From Callorhinchus milii (taxonomy: Eukaryota), in assembly GCF_018977255.1 (NCBI RefSeq), contig NW_024704767.1, positions 7,316,001 through 7,380,000 of the forward strand: a stretch of 64,000 bases of DNA, in the 5' to 3' direction. The notes under the pieces are model-generated. The model made no database searches and had not been told where the DNA came from. It saw only the letters and a list, made by a program, of their open reading frames with translations. This document shows, piece after piece, positions 34,891 through 46,074 of this stretch. Positions within the stretch are counted from its first letter, which is position 1; each line of letters opens with the position of its first letter. The translations under genes and the position numbers were made by a program.

Positions 34891-35320
34891 CTATGGGAAC
34901 ATGGTCCATCTGTTAGTCCAGAACAGTCGGTTATAATACATACAGAAATAAATCAAAAACAAATGATGCAGTTTTGCAAACTAAAATGGCGACTGGAGTA
35001 ACACAAGTAATTTGGAGGGTAGATCTGTAAGCCATTAATTCCTGGTTGTAACACTAGTGAAATACAGCAATAACTCAAGAATGGAAAGCTAATATCTAGT
35101 GAGACTGAAGCTGAGCAACATCATCACTGCTAGGATATTAAAATCCATGTAGCTGTATCAGCTTAGTTCAGTTGGTAGATGTCTCCCCATTTGGTCAAAA
35201 AGTGTGAGTTAGAACTTCAAGTCTAGACATGAGCTCACAGTTCCGCCTGCCGTTCCAGTGCAGTACTACACACATTAACATTTGGTAACCTACTCATTGA
35301 ATTTGAACATAAAAACAAAC

Positions 35321-35500
35321 CTTCCTCTGAGACTCTCTTCACCAACATGTTCAGCTGATCAACGAACGTCTTCTTTTCACAGTTCATCAATTTGATGAAG
35401 CACTTCTTCAAAGCATCAAACACCTTGCCTGAGTCACCAATGCTGTTCTCGAGCGCTTCTGTAGCCTCATTGCCAATCACTGTATGGAATTCAGGAACAG
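35321..35500 (-). CDS. MPI: MPI exon 5 (VPEFHTVIG...RVSEE)
   Basis: ctacag/gtttgt. Confidence 0.92.
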
Positions 35501-35555
35501 CTGTAGCAAAGCACAAAAAGGAATTCAGTGAGGTTAAGTACACAAAAGTGACCAC

Positions 35556-36262
35556 AATAATAATAATCCTTGCATTTGACATAATTGCTCTCTCACTTTG
35601 TTGAGATGTCTCAAAGCGCACCACAGAATATACTGTAAAGTAGATTGACTGTATTTTGTGGGCAAAACGCAGAACCCAATTGCGCACTGCAATGTCCCGC
35701 ATCAGCCAGAGAATTAATTACCAATTTTATAACAACAGCTTGGATTTATATAGCGCCCTCCACCCCGGACGGTGTCTCAGAGCACTTCACAGTAACGGAT
35801 CCAGAGGCCAAGTCAGGGGGAGGGGGAGGAAGATGACCAAAGGCACGGTTGAAAAGAAAGGTCTTCAGCCGAGACCTGAAAATAGGAAGAGAGCGGGCGA
35901 GGCGAAGGGAGTGAGGAAGGGAGTTCCAGAGCCTCGGGGCGTAGTGGCTGAAGGCACGACTGCCAAGGGTGGAGCGGAAGACTCGAGGGACAAGGAGGAG
36001 GCCAGACCCAGTGGAACGAATCTGGGGGATTGTTGGCCAGGACACTGGGAGAAACTCCCTTCTCTTTTCGAATAGTGCCGTGGGACTTTTAAAGTCCACC
36101 TGAACAGAAGACGGGACCTCAATTTAATGTCTCATCCAAAGGACAGCACCTCCGACAATGCAACACCTCCCCTGCACTGCATTGGAGTGTCAACTTTGAT
36201 TATGTGATTCAAAGTCCCAACATGGGGCTTGAACCCACATCCTTCTGATTCAAGGTGCTATC
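35556..36262 (-). mobile_element. Composite: Deu-domain SINE (head 36262-36025, tail 35725-35556) with an inserted L2 3' fragment (35729-36020)
   Basis: Deu core gtcggaggtgctgtcctttggatgagacattaaa...cccacggcactattcgaa on minus; L2 peptide RAFSHYAPRLWNSLP. Confidence 0.82.
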
Positions 36263-36551
36263 TGTCTAAACAATTTCCATTTATGTAAGCAACTTTCATA
36301 CAAAAAAAGTCTCAAATCACTTGCAGTATGAGTTTAAAGGGAATACTGTTATGGTGGCAAATGTAGCAGCTAATTTGTGCCAGGAATGTCCTCCAAACAA
36401 AGACGCGAATAGCCACGATCAATGAGAATTTTTGGGGTGAATTTCCAATTTTGATATGCATAGTTAATACTGTGTTCTCTCTACTCATCTACACATCAAG
36501 GTCTCTCTGGAGATCTTACCAGTTATCTTTGATAATTTTTTTTCCTCTTAC

Positions 36552-36693
36552 TTTTTAAAAATGCAACAATTTCTTCCACTGGTCTGAAGCCACACAGCCC
36601 TTCAAAGGGAGTCAGTGCTATGGCCATTTCTGGCTTATGGTTTTTATCTGGGTAACGATCCGGAAACTGAGCATGAAGTTTTGCAGCCAGCTC
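36552..36693 (-). CDS. MPI: MPI exon 4 ([23 protein letters not shown]...AFLK)
   Basis: ttccag/gtaaga; NHKPE signature. Confidence 0.96.
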
Positions 36694-37027
36694 CTGGAAG
36701 GACAAAAAGTTCAACTTAAAATAATGTGGAACATACAATTTCGAACAATTCTTAGAAATAATTTATTGCACTACTTTTATTTAAAAGGAACTACACTTCT
36801 TGAAATATCTTCTGTGAAGTGCTTTGGGACGTCTAGAAGACGTGAAAAGCTCTATATCAAATGCAAAGATTATTATTATCATCATTTAAATGAGAGATAA
36901 TAACGATGAGTTATGGAACAATTTCCTATTTTAGACACTCAAATCTCACAACCCAGTTTATTATTTATCAGCTTAACTAGGTAACATTTAAAAGTCTAAT
37001 TGACAATTAGATTGTTTTCCTACTTAC

Positions 37028-37228
37028 TTTGTTTGGATGAGCTTGAATTGACAATGAGATATTGACAGATAACACTTTGAACAAGAAAGGTAGCTGTCCC
37101 TGGAAAGTGTCTTTCACCTTCGAACCCAAGGAGTCTGGATGAGCTGCAATCCATTGTCCTAGAGTCTTCTGAGTAATTCTGTTGTCAGAGATGGCTGCAT
37201 CTCCTTTAGGATGCGTTCCCATCCATAG
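37028..37228 (-). CDS. MPI: MPI exon 3 (LWMGTHPKG...LSIQAHPNK)
   Basis: ttatag/gtaagt; metal-binding QAH. Confidence 0.96.
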
Positions 37229-37707
37229 CTATAAGAACATAATAGGAACAGCATTACCTTCCCATTTATATAATACAATTTTCATATTGCCTGATAATTA
37301 TACAATGCAACGGTCTACAAACACCAGCTTATCCAGAACTCCACAGCACATATATTCTCTCACACACTAGGCTCTGAAAACCCATCATTCCTATTCCCGC
37401 CAGGATCCACTGGCTCAATTTCTGATTACCTCTACAATCTCTCCAGTTCCATTCTCACATTCACTTCCTTCACTTCGCAAATTGACATGCTGTACATCCT
37501 CAGCCACCTCGACTCTACCATTGGTAGCTGAGCTTTCAGCCACTATTATGCTTCTCCAGAACCCTAATTTGAAAACTCGCTATATCAAATGCAAGGATTA
37601 TTATTATTATTATATAATATCCTGCTTAAATAAAGACTTTGTATTTTATTTACAATCAAATGATCAATATCATCCAAATTGAAGAACATGGTCAAGCATA
37701 AAGTTAC

Positions 37708-37835
37708 CTCAGCATATGGCTTGTCTTGTTCAATGACTGCTAAAGGATCACCACTTGAAACAAGTTTTGCCACTTCACTGTCCAAACCAATCTTCCCCCA
37801 CTCATAGTGCTGCACGATACACGACAGTGGGAACA
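37708..37835 (-). CDS. MPI: MPI exon 2 ([14 protein letters not shown]...KPYAE)
   Basis: tttcag/gtaact; YxWGK motif. Confidence 0.95.
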
Positions 37836-37971
37836 CTGAAAACAAAAAGGTTACAGGTTGGCATCGGTCTCCAGATTATAACAAAAAAATGGGATGTGCA
37901 GAGTCCAGATTCATAGTATATTACAGTAGTGACTGACTTACTGCTTTCAGTAAAGCAGCAGTATGTTTCAA

Positions 37972-38770
37972 TTACTGAGGCCCTCCTGATTGGCTCGCGC
38001 CAGCGCTTCAACACCTCAGGCTCTGGCAACATCAACCTCCATGGTTGCACACTACAACTCACCAAGCCAGTCAGGAACCTCGGTGTCTTGCACAACCCTC
38101 AACTGTCTTTTCTCCCCCACATTCAAGCCATGACCCACTCTGCCTTCCCTCACCTCCGTAACATCGCCCGACTCCACCACTACCTCACCCCTCAGGCCGC
38201 TGAAACTCTTGTTCATGCCTTCATCACCTCCAGGCTCAACTATGCAAATGCCCTGCTTGTCGGCCTTCCCAACTCCTCCCTCCACAGGCTGCAGATAATC
38301 CAAAACTCTGCATCCCGTGTCCTCTCCCGCACCAAACTCCGTGACCCCATCTCCCCCACTCTCGCCTGTCTCCACTGGCTCCCTGTCCTTCAGAGGATCC
38401 AGTTCAAGATCCTGGTCCTCATATACAAAGCCCTCCATGGCGTCGCCCCACCCGAACTCTGCGATCTCCTAACCCCCTACCAACCCGCCCGCTCCCTCCG
38501 CTCAGCCGGCTCTGGCCTGCTCCACGTCTCCCGACCCACCCACCCCGCCATTGACGGGAAAGCCGTCAGCCACTCTGCCCCCAACCTCTGGAATTCCATC
38601 CCCCAGTCACTCCGCCTCGCCCCCTCCTTAGCCTCCTTAAAGTCCTGCCTCAAGACCCTCCTCTTCCCCTCCCTTCCCTTACCCCCCAACCCCAGCTCGG
38701 ATCTGAAATGCTGTTCTCTGTCCAACGCCTTGGGACGTCCTCCCGACCTGAAAGGCGCTATACAAATGTA
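37972..38770 (+). mobile_element. 5'-truncated L2 LINE in MPI intron 1, ORF2 C-terminus still open
   Basis: VRNLGV, HLRNIARL, LVHAFITSRLNY, LHWLP, IQFKIL, APNLWNSIP; L2 tail. Confidence 0.94.
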
Positions 38771-39196
38771 ATCCTCTCCATAGCTATAAGAAACATAACG
38801 TTTTGTTGTTGTTTACCTATTGGTACCTCAATACAACAATCTGGCAATTTTCATTTAAGCAGAGTAGCATCCATATTGAGCTATAATTTAAAGTCTCATA
38901 TTTAACACTCTAAAGTAACACTGTCCCATCCACATACACTCAGGCTGAGCTAAACTGTCGTGTGGGCCCCAGTATAGGGCAGAGACAATAGGTTCATGAC
39001 TGAGTCTACCACTCCAACTAAATTGGGGTAGTCGAACTATTAACAAATACAAATGCTAAACATAATCTATGCATCAAGTAGCCAGCTGAGGATTTTATAG
39101 CCCTGTTTAGTAAGATAAAACATTCATTCCATTTTGGATCAACACTGTAACCCCAAGATATTAAACTGCTGTACTTAAGTACAGTACTTAAATGCT

Positions 39197-39379
39197 TAAC
39201 AATAATAAATTGGTCATTTTCAATCCACGACTGTTTGTGGGACACTGCTGTGCGCAATTGGCTGCCGTGTTTCGCCCACAAATATATAGTCAATTCACTT
39301 TACATATTCTGTGAAGCGCTTTGAGAAGTCTAGAAGACGTAAAAAGCGCTATATCAAATGCAAGAGTTATTATTATTAA
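39197..39379 (+). mobile_element. Family-A SINE 3' half
   Basis: same body and tail. Confidence 0.9.
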
Positions 39380-40086
39380 GTAGATCACAAATGGCCCCAA
39401 AATTAATGTATGTATACCCCTCTTTCCCTCAGACTAGCAAGCATTTGTATTTTAATAGTACCTAGTGTCAAATGTCCCAAAGCATTTCATAAGTTACTGC
39501 TGAGTGTAATAACTTGATACTTGACATTTCTGCTGGACTTGTTTCGGGGTTGATAGTGTACTTTCCCTGGAACAGTATACAGACCAACCCTTCAATTATG
39601 GCTTCTCTGAAATCTGAGATCGTTCTGCAGTTAAAAACAATTCTGAGGACTAAATCATGCCGCTGGATTAGCTGACATCTGACAAGTGTTAGTCAAGGAC
39701 ATGCTGAGGTCAAACTGTAATGCCCTTTGTGCCAGACTTAGCTGTAGCTCTACATTAAAACTGGAGTTGGTGCTCTACACAACATTCTTGCTGCATCTAA
39801 AAAGAGGTCAAGAATTTGACACAGCACTTTGCCTATGCAGTGGCTTGAGACTACAGTCACCTGAAATACCGACATTATCAATTGCTGAACCACCATCTAA
39901 ACCAGAACAAAGTATAAAATACTTGCAGTTTGTATCACCTGCGATGGTCACCTCTATTTTACGGTTTCGCGTCAGTGATAATATAATTAAGAGGCAGCAC
40001 AGTGAAGAAAACAAATACAGTTCACAGTGTGACAGTGAATCAAATCTTCGATTCATCGTACCTTGGATTTAAACTTCTAGCAATTT

Positions 40087-40303
40087 AACAACAACAACAA
40101 GATTGCATTTATAGAGCGCCTTTCACGTCGGGAGGACGTCCCAAGGCGCTGGACAGTCGGATCAGGACCCGGGCATTGGGGGGAAGTGGTCAGGGTGAGG
40201 GGAAAGGGAGGGAAGGAGCGAGGAGGGGGTAGAGAGTCGAGCTGAGGGCACGGTCAAAGAGAAAGGTCTTGAGACCGGCTTTGAAGGAGGAGAGGGAGGA
40301 AAG
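40087..40303 (-). mobile_element. L2 LINE 3' end
   Basis: Near identical to 1465-1680; (caa)n tail. Confidence 0.92.
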
Positions 40304-40479
40304 CCAGAATTTAAAGCCAGAACACCGGTAATTAAATGCCACGAATTGCTTATTACTGGGGGTGTGTGTGTGGGGGGGGGGATGGGGGGTGGTCACAAAA
40401 TCATATAGCATTTGGCAGCAGTTTTACAATCACTTTATTTTAGGGTCGGCGTTGGCTGCAGACACACACACACACACGG

Positions 40480-41350
40480 TCGTGTTCGTTCGCGCCTTCA
40501 CCGTTCAACCCCCACAACAGAGAGATCGGGAGCACTTCTCTCAATCCGGAAATAAAGTGCCTTTTTTCGCGTTAAAAATCCGTGTCTTTCGCGATCGTCC
40601 GGGAGAGGGAGGGGAGGGAGAGAGGGAGGGAGGGGAGGGAGGGCAGTGGGTGATGTTTATATCACAGCCCGAAATTCGCTCCGCGCCGAATAAATCGCCA
40701 ACACAACACGACTTCACGAAAGGACCGCTCTGCATTCGTTGTGTGTGAGGAGGGAAAGGAGAGGAGAGGAGAGGGGTTTCTCTCTTTTTTTTTACACACA
40801 CACACACACACAGTCTCCACCAGCGGCGAAGTCGAGTCGTTTAGTTAAAACGCTTCGAGTTTCCGCCGCCCGCAGCGGAGGCGCGGATGGAAAACGCGCA
40901 CAAAAAAAAAACCCTCTCAAGACGAAATCAACGGTGGGACACAGTGCACAATTTTTAAACGCGGCGGCGGCGGCACCGCGCGCCGCTGCGGCTCCTCTAC
41001 CAACGACTGGTCAGGTCAGCGAGCGACCGTTAGGCGGTCAGACATCTCTCCCTCCCTCCCTCCCTCCCTCCCTCCCGGCGGCCGCACCCGCTCGCTATAC
41101 CCTTAGCTCCTTCGCTCGGATCCGACACCTATCTCTACTGCCTTCCCCCCCCCACCCCACCCCACCCGGGGCTGCGCCTTTCGGCCGCTTTCACACGAAG
41201 TTGAAGGGGACGGCAGCCCTCACTCACCTCGCACCTCCGCCATGGGACCGCTCAAGAGAGCTGCCGTCCGCGCGGTGCGTCTGACGTTTTTTTTCGCCCA
41301 CGCAAAACGTCCCGCAGTGCCTTCCGGGAGTTGTAGTGTTTCGTTAAAAC
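40480..41350. promoter_or_regulatory. CpG island / MPI promoter with ACTACA+SBS (ZNF143/THAP11-type) motif at 41311-41337
   Basis: CpG-dense; minus strand actacaactcccggaaggcactgcggg. Confidence 0.75.
41228..41243 (-). CDS. MPI: MPI exon 1 (MAEVR)
   Basis: cccATGG context in a CpG island, gtgagt donor, 16 nt phase 1 joins VFPLSC. Confidence 0.82.
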
Positions 41351-41814
41351 CCTCGACACTCACAAAAGAGCTACTCGCACTGCTGGTCCCAAATTGCATT
41401 TGGTCGTTGCTACTACAGTGCTTGGCTCTGTGTGGTGAACTCTTTCACTCTACGAAAACAGCTTTTTACGTTGTTAAAACTTCAACCAATGTGTGGACTG
41501 CTGTCCCACATCAGGAAAATGTTTAGAAGTGACATTTATACGATTTGCAACAATGGCAACATAGATTACACACCTGTTTAAGGATATGGAGTTATGTCTA
41601 TTTTAAGGTTGTCCCACATAACATTGGTCACATTTTTAAGCAAAGATGATTGATTGTCACTGGAAAAAGTTTGGAGCCAGGTTATAGCATGTTGGTGTGA
41701 AACCGTACCCAGGATTCCCTGAAGGAGATTGATTCACAAGGTACTTTTTCTGGTCTAAGATGCTACTTACATTTTTGCTTTTCCACTTTTGAGTGAGCAC
41801 TTTTTGAATCCCAG

Positions 41815-42235
41815 TATGTCAGTATGACTCAGAGTTACATTCACCTGAAGGTCAGAAGTTTGTGGGATCAGATTCCATTTTAGAACTTGGCTCAGTGTCG
41901 TCTGACAATCCACACATTCCTGGGATAGTGCTGCATTATTTGCACTGCTATCCTTTAGATGAAATGTCAAAGCGAGATCCTGTTTTCCTGTACTTTGGGT
42001 GGATGTCAAAGATTCTGTGATTAAAAAGAAGGGAGTTTCTCCTGGTGCCCTGGTCAACCACACTCCAAAATAATTAATCATACAATAATATTTACATTTA
42101 TAATAGCGCAATTCATGCCAGGCTGTTTATGGCACAAATGGCTGGCATAAATTGTTGGCATGTTTGCCTGCAAAAAACAGTTGCTACACTTAACATTTGT
42201 CAAGCACTTTGAGATGTTTCAGCTTGATAGGAAGC
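41815..42235 (+). mobile_element. Degenerate tRNA-Deu SINE between MPI and SCAMP2
   Basis: ggtcagaagtttgtgggatcag head, gagtttctcctggtgccctgg Deu core, aagcactttgagatg tail. Confidence 0.65.
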
Positions 42236-42940
42236 TGCACATTGTAAATATTGCTTATACGCCTTTCGGGAAGCCACACAGCTAAACCTGTCAGGCAAGA
42301 GTTTTTAGACATATAAACCTGTCAGGCAAGATGGATCAGTCTAAATCAACAATAAAATAGAGTAATAGTTGGGTGTGACCCTTTTCAGAACTGGGGTTTG
42401 TAAAAGTTTACACCAACTTTGTAAGTTGGGGGGGCGGCGGCAGAAGGTTCATTTGATTGCTATCAGATACAGGATTCCCAGCTGATTAGTCCCACCCCCA
42501 GAAAAGTGGTATTCATTATTCAACCTCTGTCTGTGTCTCAACATAATACTCAAAAGATTCAAAAACTGAACAAGGGCTGATCTGCAATGTTTGCACAAGG
42601 GGTGGGAGGGTTGAGATGCTACCAAACCGCACGATAAGAACACTGGAGAACAAAGATGCCATAATATTCCCTTATACAATTCACCTTTACGTGTGGGCCA
42701 CAAAATTTCTCAATGACGTGATAAGGCACTACATCAAATGCAAGGATTATTATTATATAGCAGCCTCACGTCAGAGGGACATCTCAAAAGTGCTTTACAA
42801 AGCTGATAAGCCCCCGAGCCAAGCGAAGAGTGGAAGACAAGGTCAAAGACTTAAGTCTTAAGCGCGGCTTTGAAAGTGGGTATGGGAGAGATGATATTAC
42901 CTTGTGTGAAATCACAAATTTACCCTCGCCCCCCCCACCT

Positions 42941-42972
<32 letters not shown>

Positions 42973-43049
42973 GAAAAAAAAGATACCAGAGTTTCTGGAC
43001 AAACAACAATAACAAAGGCTTCTCTTCTCTTCCCATTGTCCCAGAGATT

Positions 43050-43525
43050 GAGGGCATCACGTGACCGTGCCTCGGAGCCCCGCCCCGTCGCTTGTGCCGT
43101 CACAATACGCAACCGTGGGCAACGCGCAGGCGCAGTTCGGCGTTGGCGGAAGTTTGCGGCACAAGGAAGCGCGGGCGGAGAAGCAACAGGGGGTTGGGGG
43201 CGTCCGGTGTCCACGATTCAGCCAAACATGTCTGGATTCGAAGCGAACCCCTTCGCCGACCCGGTGGATATCAATCCTTTTCAGGTAAATTCGTTCTCCC
43301 GAAAGTTGAGGGGATTGAGCGAATCAACAAGTCAGTTGGGGGGGGTGGCAGTTGGGCCCTGGGAGCTGAGGGAAACATTCCTGAGTGAAACCTAACCTGA
43401 TGGCTGGTGATGTGCCTCGATTGATGTGAGCTTTCGACCAATCGGAGAGGCAGGCTTCTGAATTCTGAGCCAATCGGGCGCCGAGAAGGGCGGGACCGTC
43501 TCTTTCAAGTTAGGTTGCGTCATCA
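43050..43525. promoter_or_regulatory. CpG island / SCAMP2 promoter (E-box/CLEAR, NRF1-like, ETS, CCAAT, GC box)
   Basis: tcacgtgac 43057, gcgcaggcgca ~43124, gcggaagt 43146, ccaat 43438 and 43470, gggcggg 43488. Confidence 0.7.
43228..43284 (+). CDS. SCAMP2: SCAMP2 exon 1 (MSGFEANPFADPVDINPFQ)
   Basis: ATG in a CpG island, gtaaat donor; NPF repeats. Confidence 0.94.
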
Positions 43526-43751
43526 TAGGGTTGTGTTTCTTAGGCGTAACCTGGTTTCAAGAGTCGACAACAAGTACCAGAAGTAAAGGGCCTTTGGGAA
43601 AGGGTTCTAATGGACTCAGTGCGGGATAGCACTACAGGGGGTTTTATGATTTAGTTGTCTGATATGTTTGGGGGCTGAGGTTGCTTGGTGAATTAAAGGC
43701 CAGGGTGCATAGCTTTCATCTTAGATCTTACCCAAGTAATCAGTAATTGAC

Positions 43752-43879
43752 AAATACTGCAGATGCTGGAAAGCCGAAACCAAAGTAGAAGTCGCTGGGA
43801 GCACTCAGCAGGTCAGGCAGCATCTATGGAGAAAGGAAAGTCAGTCAAAGTTTCAGGTCCATGACCCTTCGTCAGAACC
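43752..43879 (-). mobile_element. Penelope-type short element with minimal hammerhead ribozyme core (43843-43879)
   Basis: Minus strand ggtt-CTGACGA-a-gggtc-atg-gacct-GAAA-ctt-t-gact; homologous to 53954-54083. Confidence 0.72.
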
Positions 43880-44434
43880 ATCAATTTCAATGAGTAATTG
43901 AAATTGATGTTTTTTTTATGATCTTCCCTTTTTAAGAGATCTCCCAATAGTATTTGATTCCCCCCCCCCTATACTACTGGATTGGGGATCCTGTGATTGC
44001 CCAAGTGATCATCTATGAGCCTTGACAGTGAATATGAGCAGACTATTTCAATCATGTATGACAACCAATCTGGGTTCCACCTTCAACCAAAAGTCCCACC
44101 CACATATGTAGGTACTAGCAGGGATTTGTTTTCCCAATTGTAAGTGCAGAGGACATTTGTAGTGCCCCTATTTTACCAAACACCAGATACGACAAGAATT
44201 TGTTTGCTATGTCTTCATTTTTATGGTTTAGATTCAATTTATCATCTGCTCAGGCTTAATTACTCTAGATATTAAACAAAACTTCTGTGCGACTCTTGAG
44301 TAAATCTATCATATGCTGCAATACTGTACCATATTGATCAGGCTCATAGTTCAGTAGAAGAAAACTAAATGCTTGAAACACATTCTTTCCCTGTCTCTAT
44401 CTGAGATTACACTTCTGCTGTTTACCATGATCAC

Positions 44435-45265
44435 TACAACAACTGGCACTTATATAGTGCCCTCCATGCAGGGATTGAGGGAGTGTTTCAGAGTTTTGGG
44501 ATGTAGTGGTTGAAAGCACGACCTCCGATGGTGGGACGGAGGTTGCAAGGGATGAGCAAGAGGCCGGTGCCAGTTGAGCAGAGGCGCCGGATGGTGGAGT
44601 GATGAGATTGGAGAGGGAGATGCAGGGAGTGAATGGATTTGAACATGAGAATGAGGATATGTAAGACGATCTATTCGGTGATGGGGAGCCAGTGCAGCCT
44701 GGCCAGAACTGGTGAGATGTGGATACGGCGTTTGGTCCGGGTCAGTGTGGGGACAGCAGAGTTTTGAATCAGCTGAATCTTGTGAATGGTGGAGCTGGGG
44801 AGACCAGCGAGATGTGCATTGGAGTAATCCAAGCGGGGGATGACAAACGCACGCACGAGGATTTCGCCTGCATTTGAGGTAAAGTACGGTCAGAGGCGGG
44901 CAATGTGGCGGAAGTGGAAGAAAGCGGTACTGGTCAGGGACCAGATGTGGGGAAGAAAGGACAGTTGGGGGTCAAACCTGACACCTAGGTTCGGTGAGTC
45001 TGACAGAGAGCCCAGGGAGGTTGAGGAGTTTAGATCCGCAGGAGTGAAGACGTTGACGGGAGTTAAGGAGTATGGCTTCCGTCTTGTCCATATTCAGCTG
45101 CAGGAAGTTTACACTCATCCAGGCCTTGATGTCTGCCAGACAAGCTGATAGAACATCGGCGGACCTGGAGTTGGTACTGGTGGAGGCAAAGTAGATTTGT
45201 GTGTCAACCACATACATGTGGAAGTTTATCCCGTGTCTGCGGATGACATTGCCCAGAGGAAGCAT
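44435..45265 (-). mobile_element. 5'-truncated L2 LINE, older subfamily
   Basis: MLPLGNVIRRHGINFHMY..DTQIY, FLQLNMDKTE, RLDYSNA, LHWLP. Confidence 0.9.
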
Positions 45266-45270
45266 ACAGA

Positions 45271-45945
45271 TAACAACAACAAGATTACATTTGTATAGTG
45301 CCTTTCACGTCGGGAGGACGTCCCAAGGCGCTGGTCAGAGTACAGCATTTCAGACCCGAGCTGGGGTTGGGGGGGGTAAGGGAGGGGAGGGGAAGGGGGG
45401 TGGCCGATGGCATGATCGAAGAGGAGAGTCTTGAGGCGGGACTTGAAGGAGGCTATGGAGCTGGCGAGGCGGAGTTTATGGGGGATGGAATTCCAGAGGT
45501 TGGGGGCAGAGTGGCTGAAGGCTCTCCCGCCAATGGTGGGGCGGGTGGGTTCGGGGGACGTGGAGCAGGCCAGAGCCGGCTGAGAGGAGGGAACGTGCGG
45601 GTTGGTAGGGGGTCAGGAGGTCGCAGAGGTAGGGTGGGGCGAGGCCATGGAGGGCTTTGTTTGTGAGGACCAGGATCTTGAACTGGATCCTCTGAAGGAT
45701 AGGGAGCCAGTGGAGTCGGGCGAGAGTGGGGGAGTTTCAGCGGCCTGAGGGTTGAAGGTAGTGGCAGAGTTGGGCGATGTTACGCAGGTGAGGGAAGGCA
45801 AAGCGGGTCATGGCTTGAATGTGGGTGGGAAAAGACAGTTGAGGGTCGAACAAGACACCCAGGTTCCTGACTGGCTTGGTGAATTGTAATGTGTAACCAT
45901 GGAGGTTGATGTTGCCAGAGCCTGAGGTGCTGAGGCTCTGGGGTG
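45271..45945 (-). mobile_element. 5'-truncated L2 LINE with internal deletion, same subfamily as 37972-38770
   Basis: (caa)n tail and near identity with the MPI-intron copy. Confidence 0.9.
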
Positions 45946-46074
45946 AGCCAATCGGGATGATTTTTTTTTGAACAGTGATCTTTAATATCCATCTGAAAAG
46001 GGAGAAGGGACCTTAATTTAACATCGCATATCTTAGACGATGGATGGTTCATATCACATTCAAGGAATATTATT

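Larger units (their letters stand above)
32944..41243 (-). other. MPI: MPI gene (mannose-6-phosphate isomerase), 8 exons; exon 6 has an apparent 1-nt frame disruption
   Basis: Exons 41228-41243, 37708-37835, 37028-37228, 36552-36693, 35321-35500, 34718-34890, 33538-33746, 32944-33156; type I PMI motifs [51 protein letters not shown]. Confidence 0.96.

Noticed and set aside
39169-39184. 16-bp palindrome ctgtacttaagtacag
   Set aside because: Short, single, next to a SINE truncation point; probably an insertion or repair by-product.
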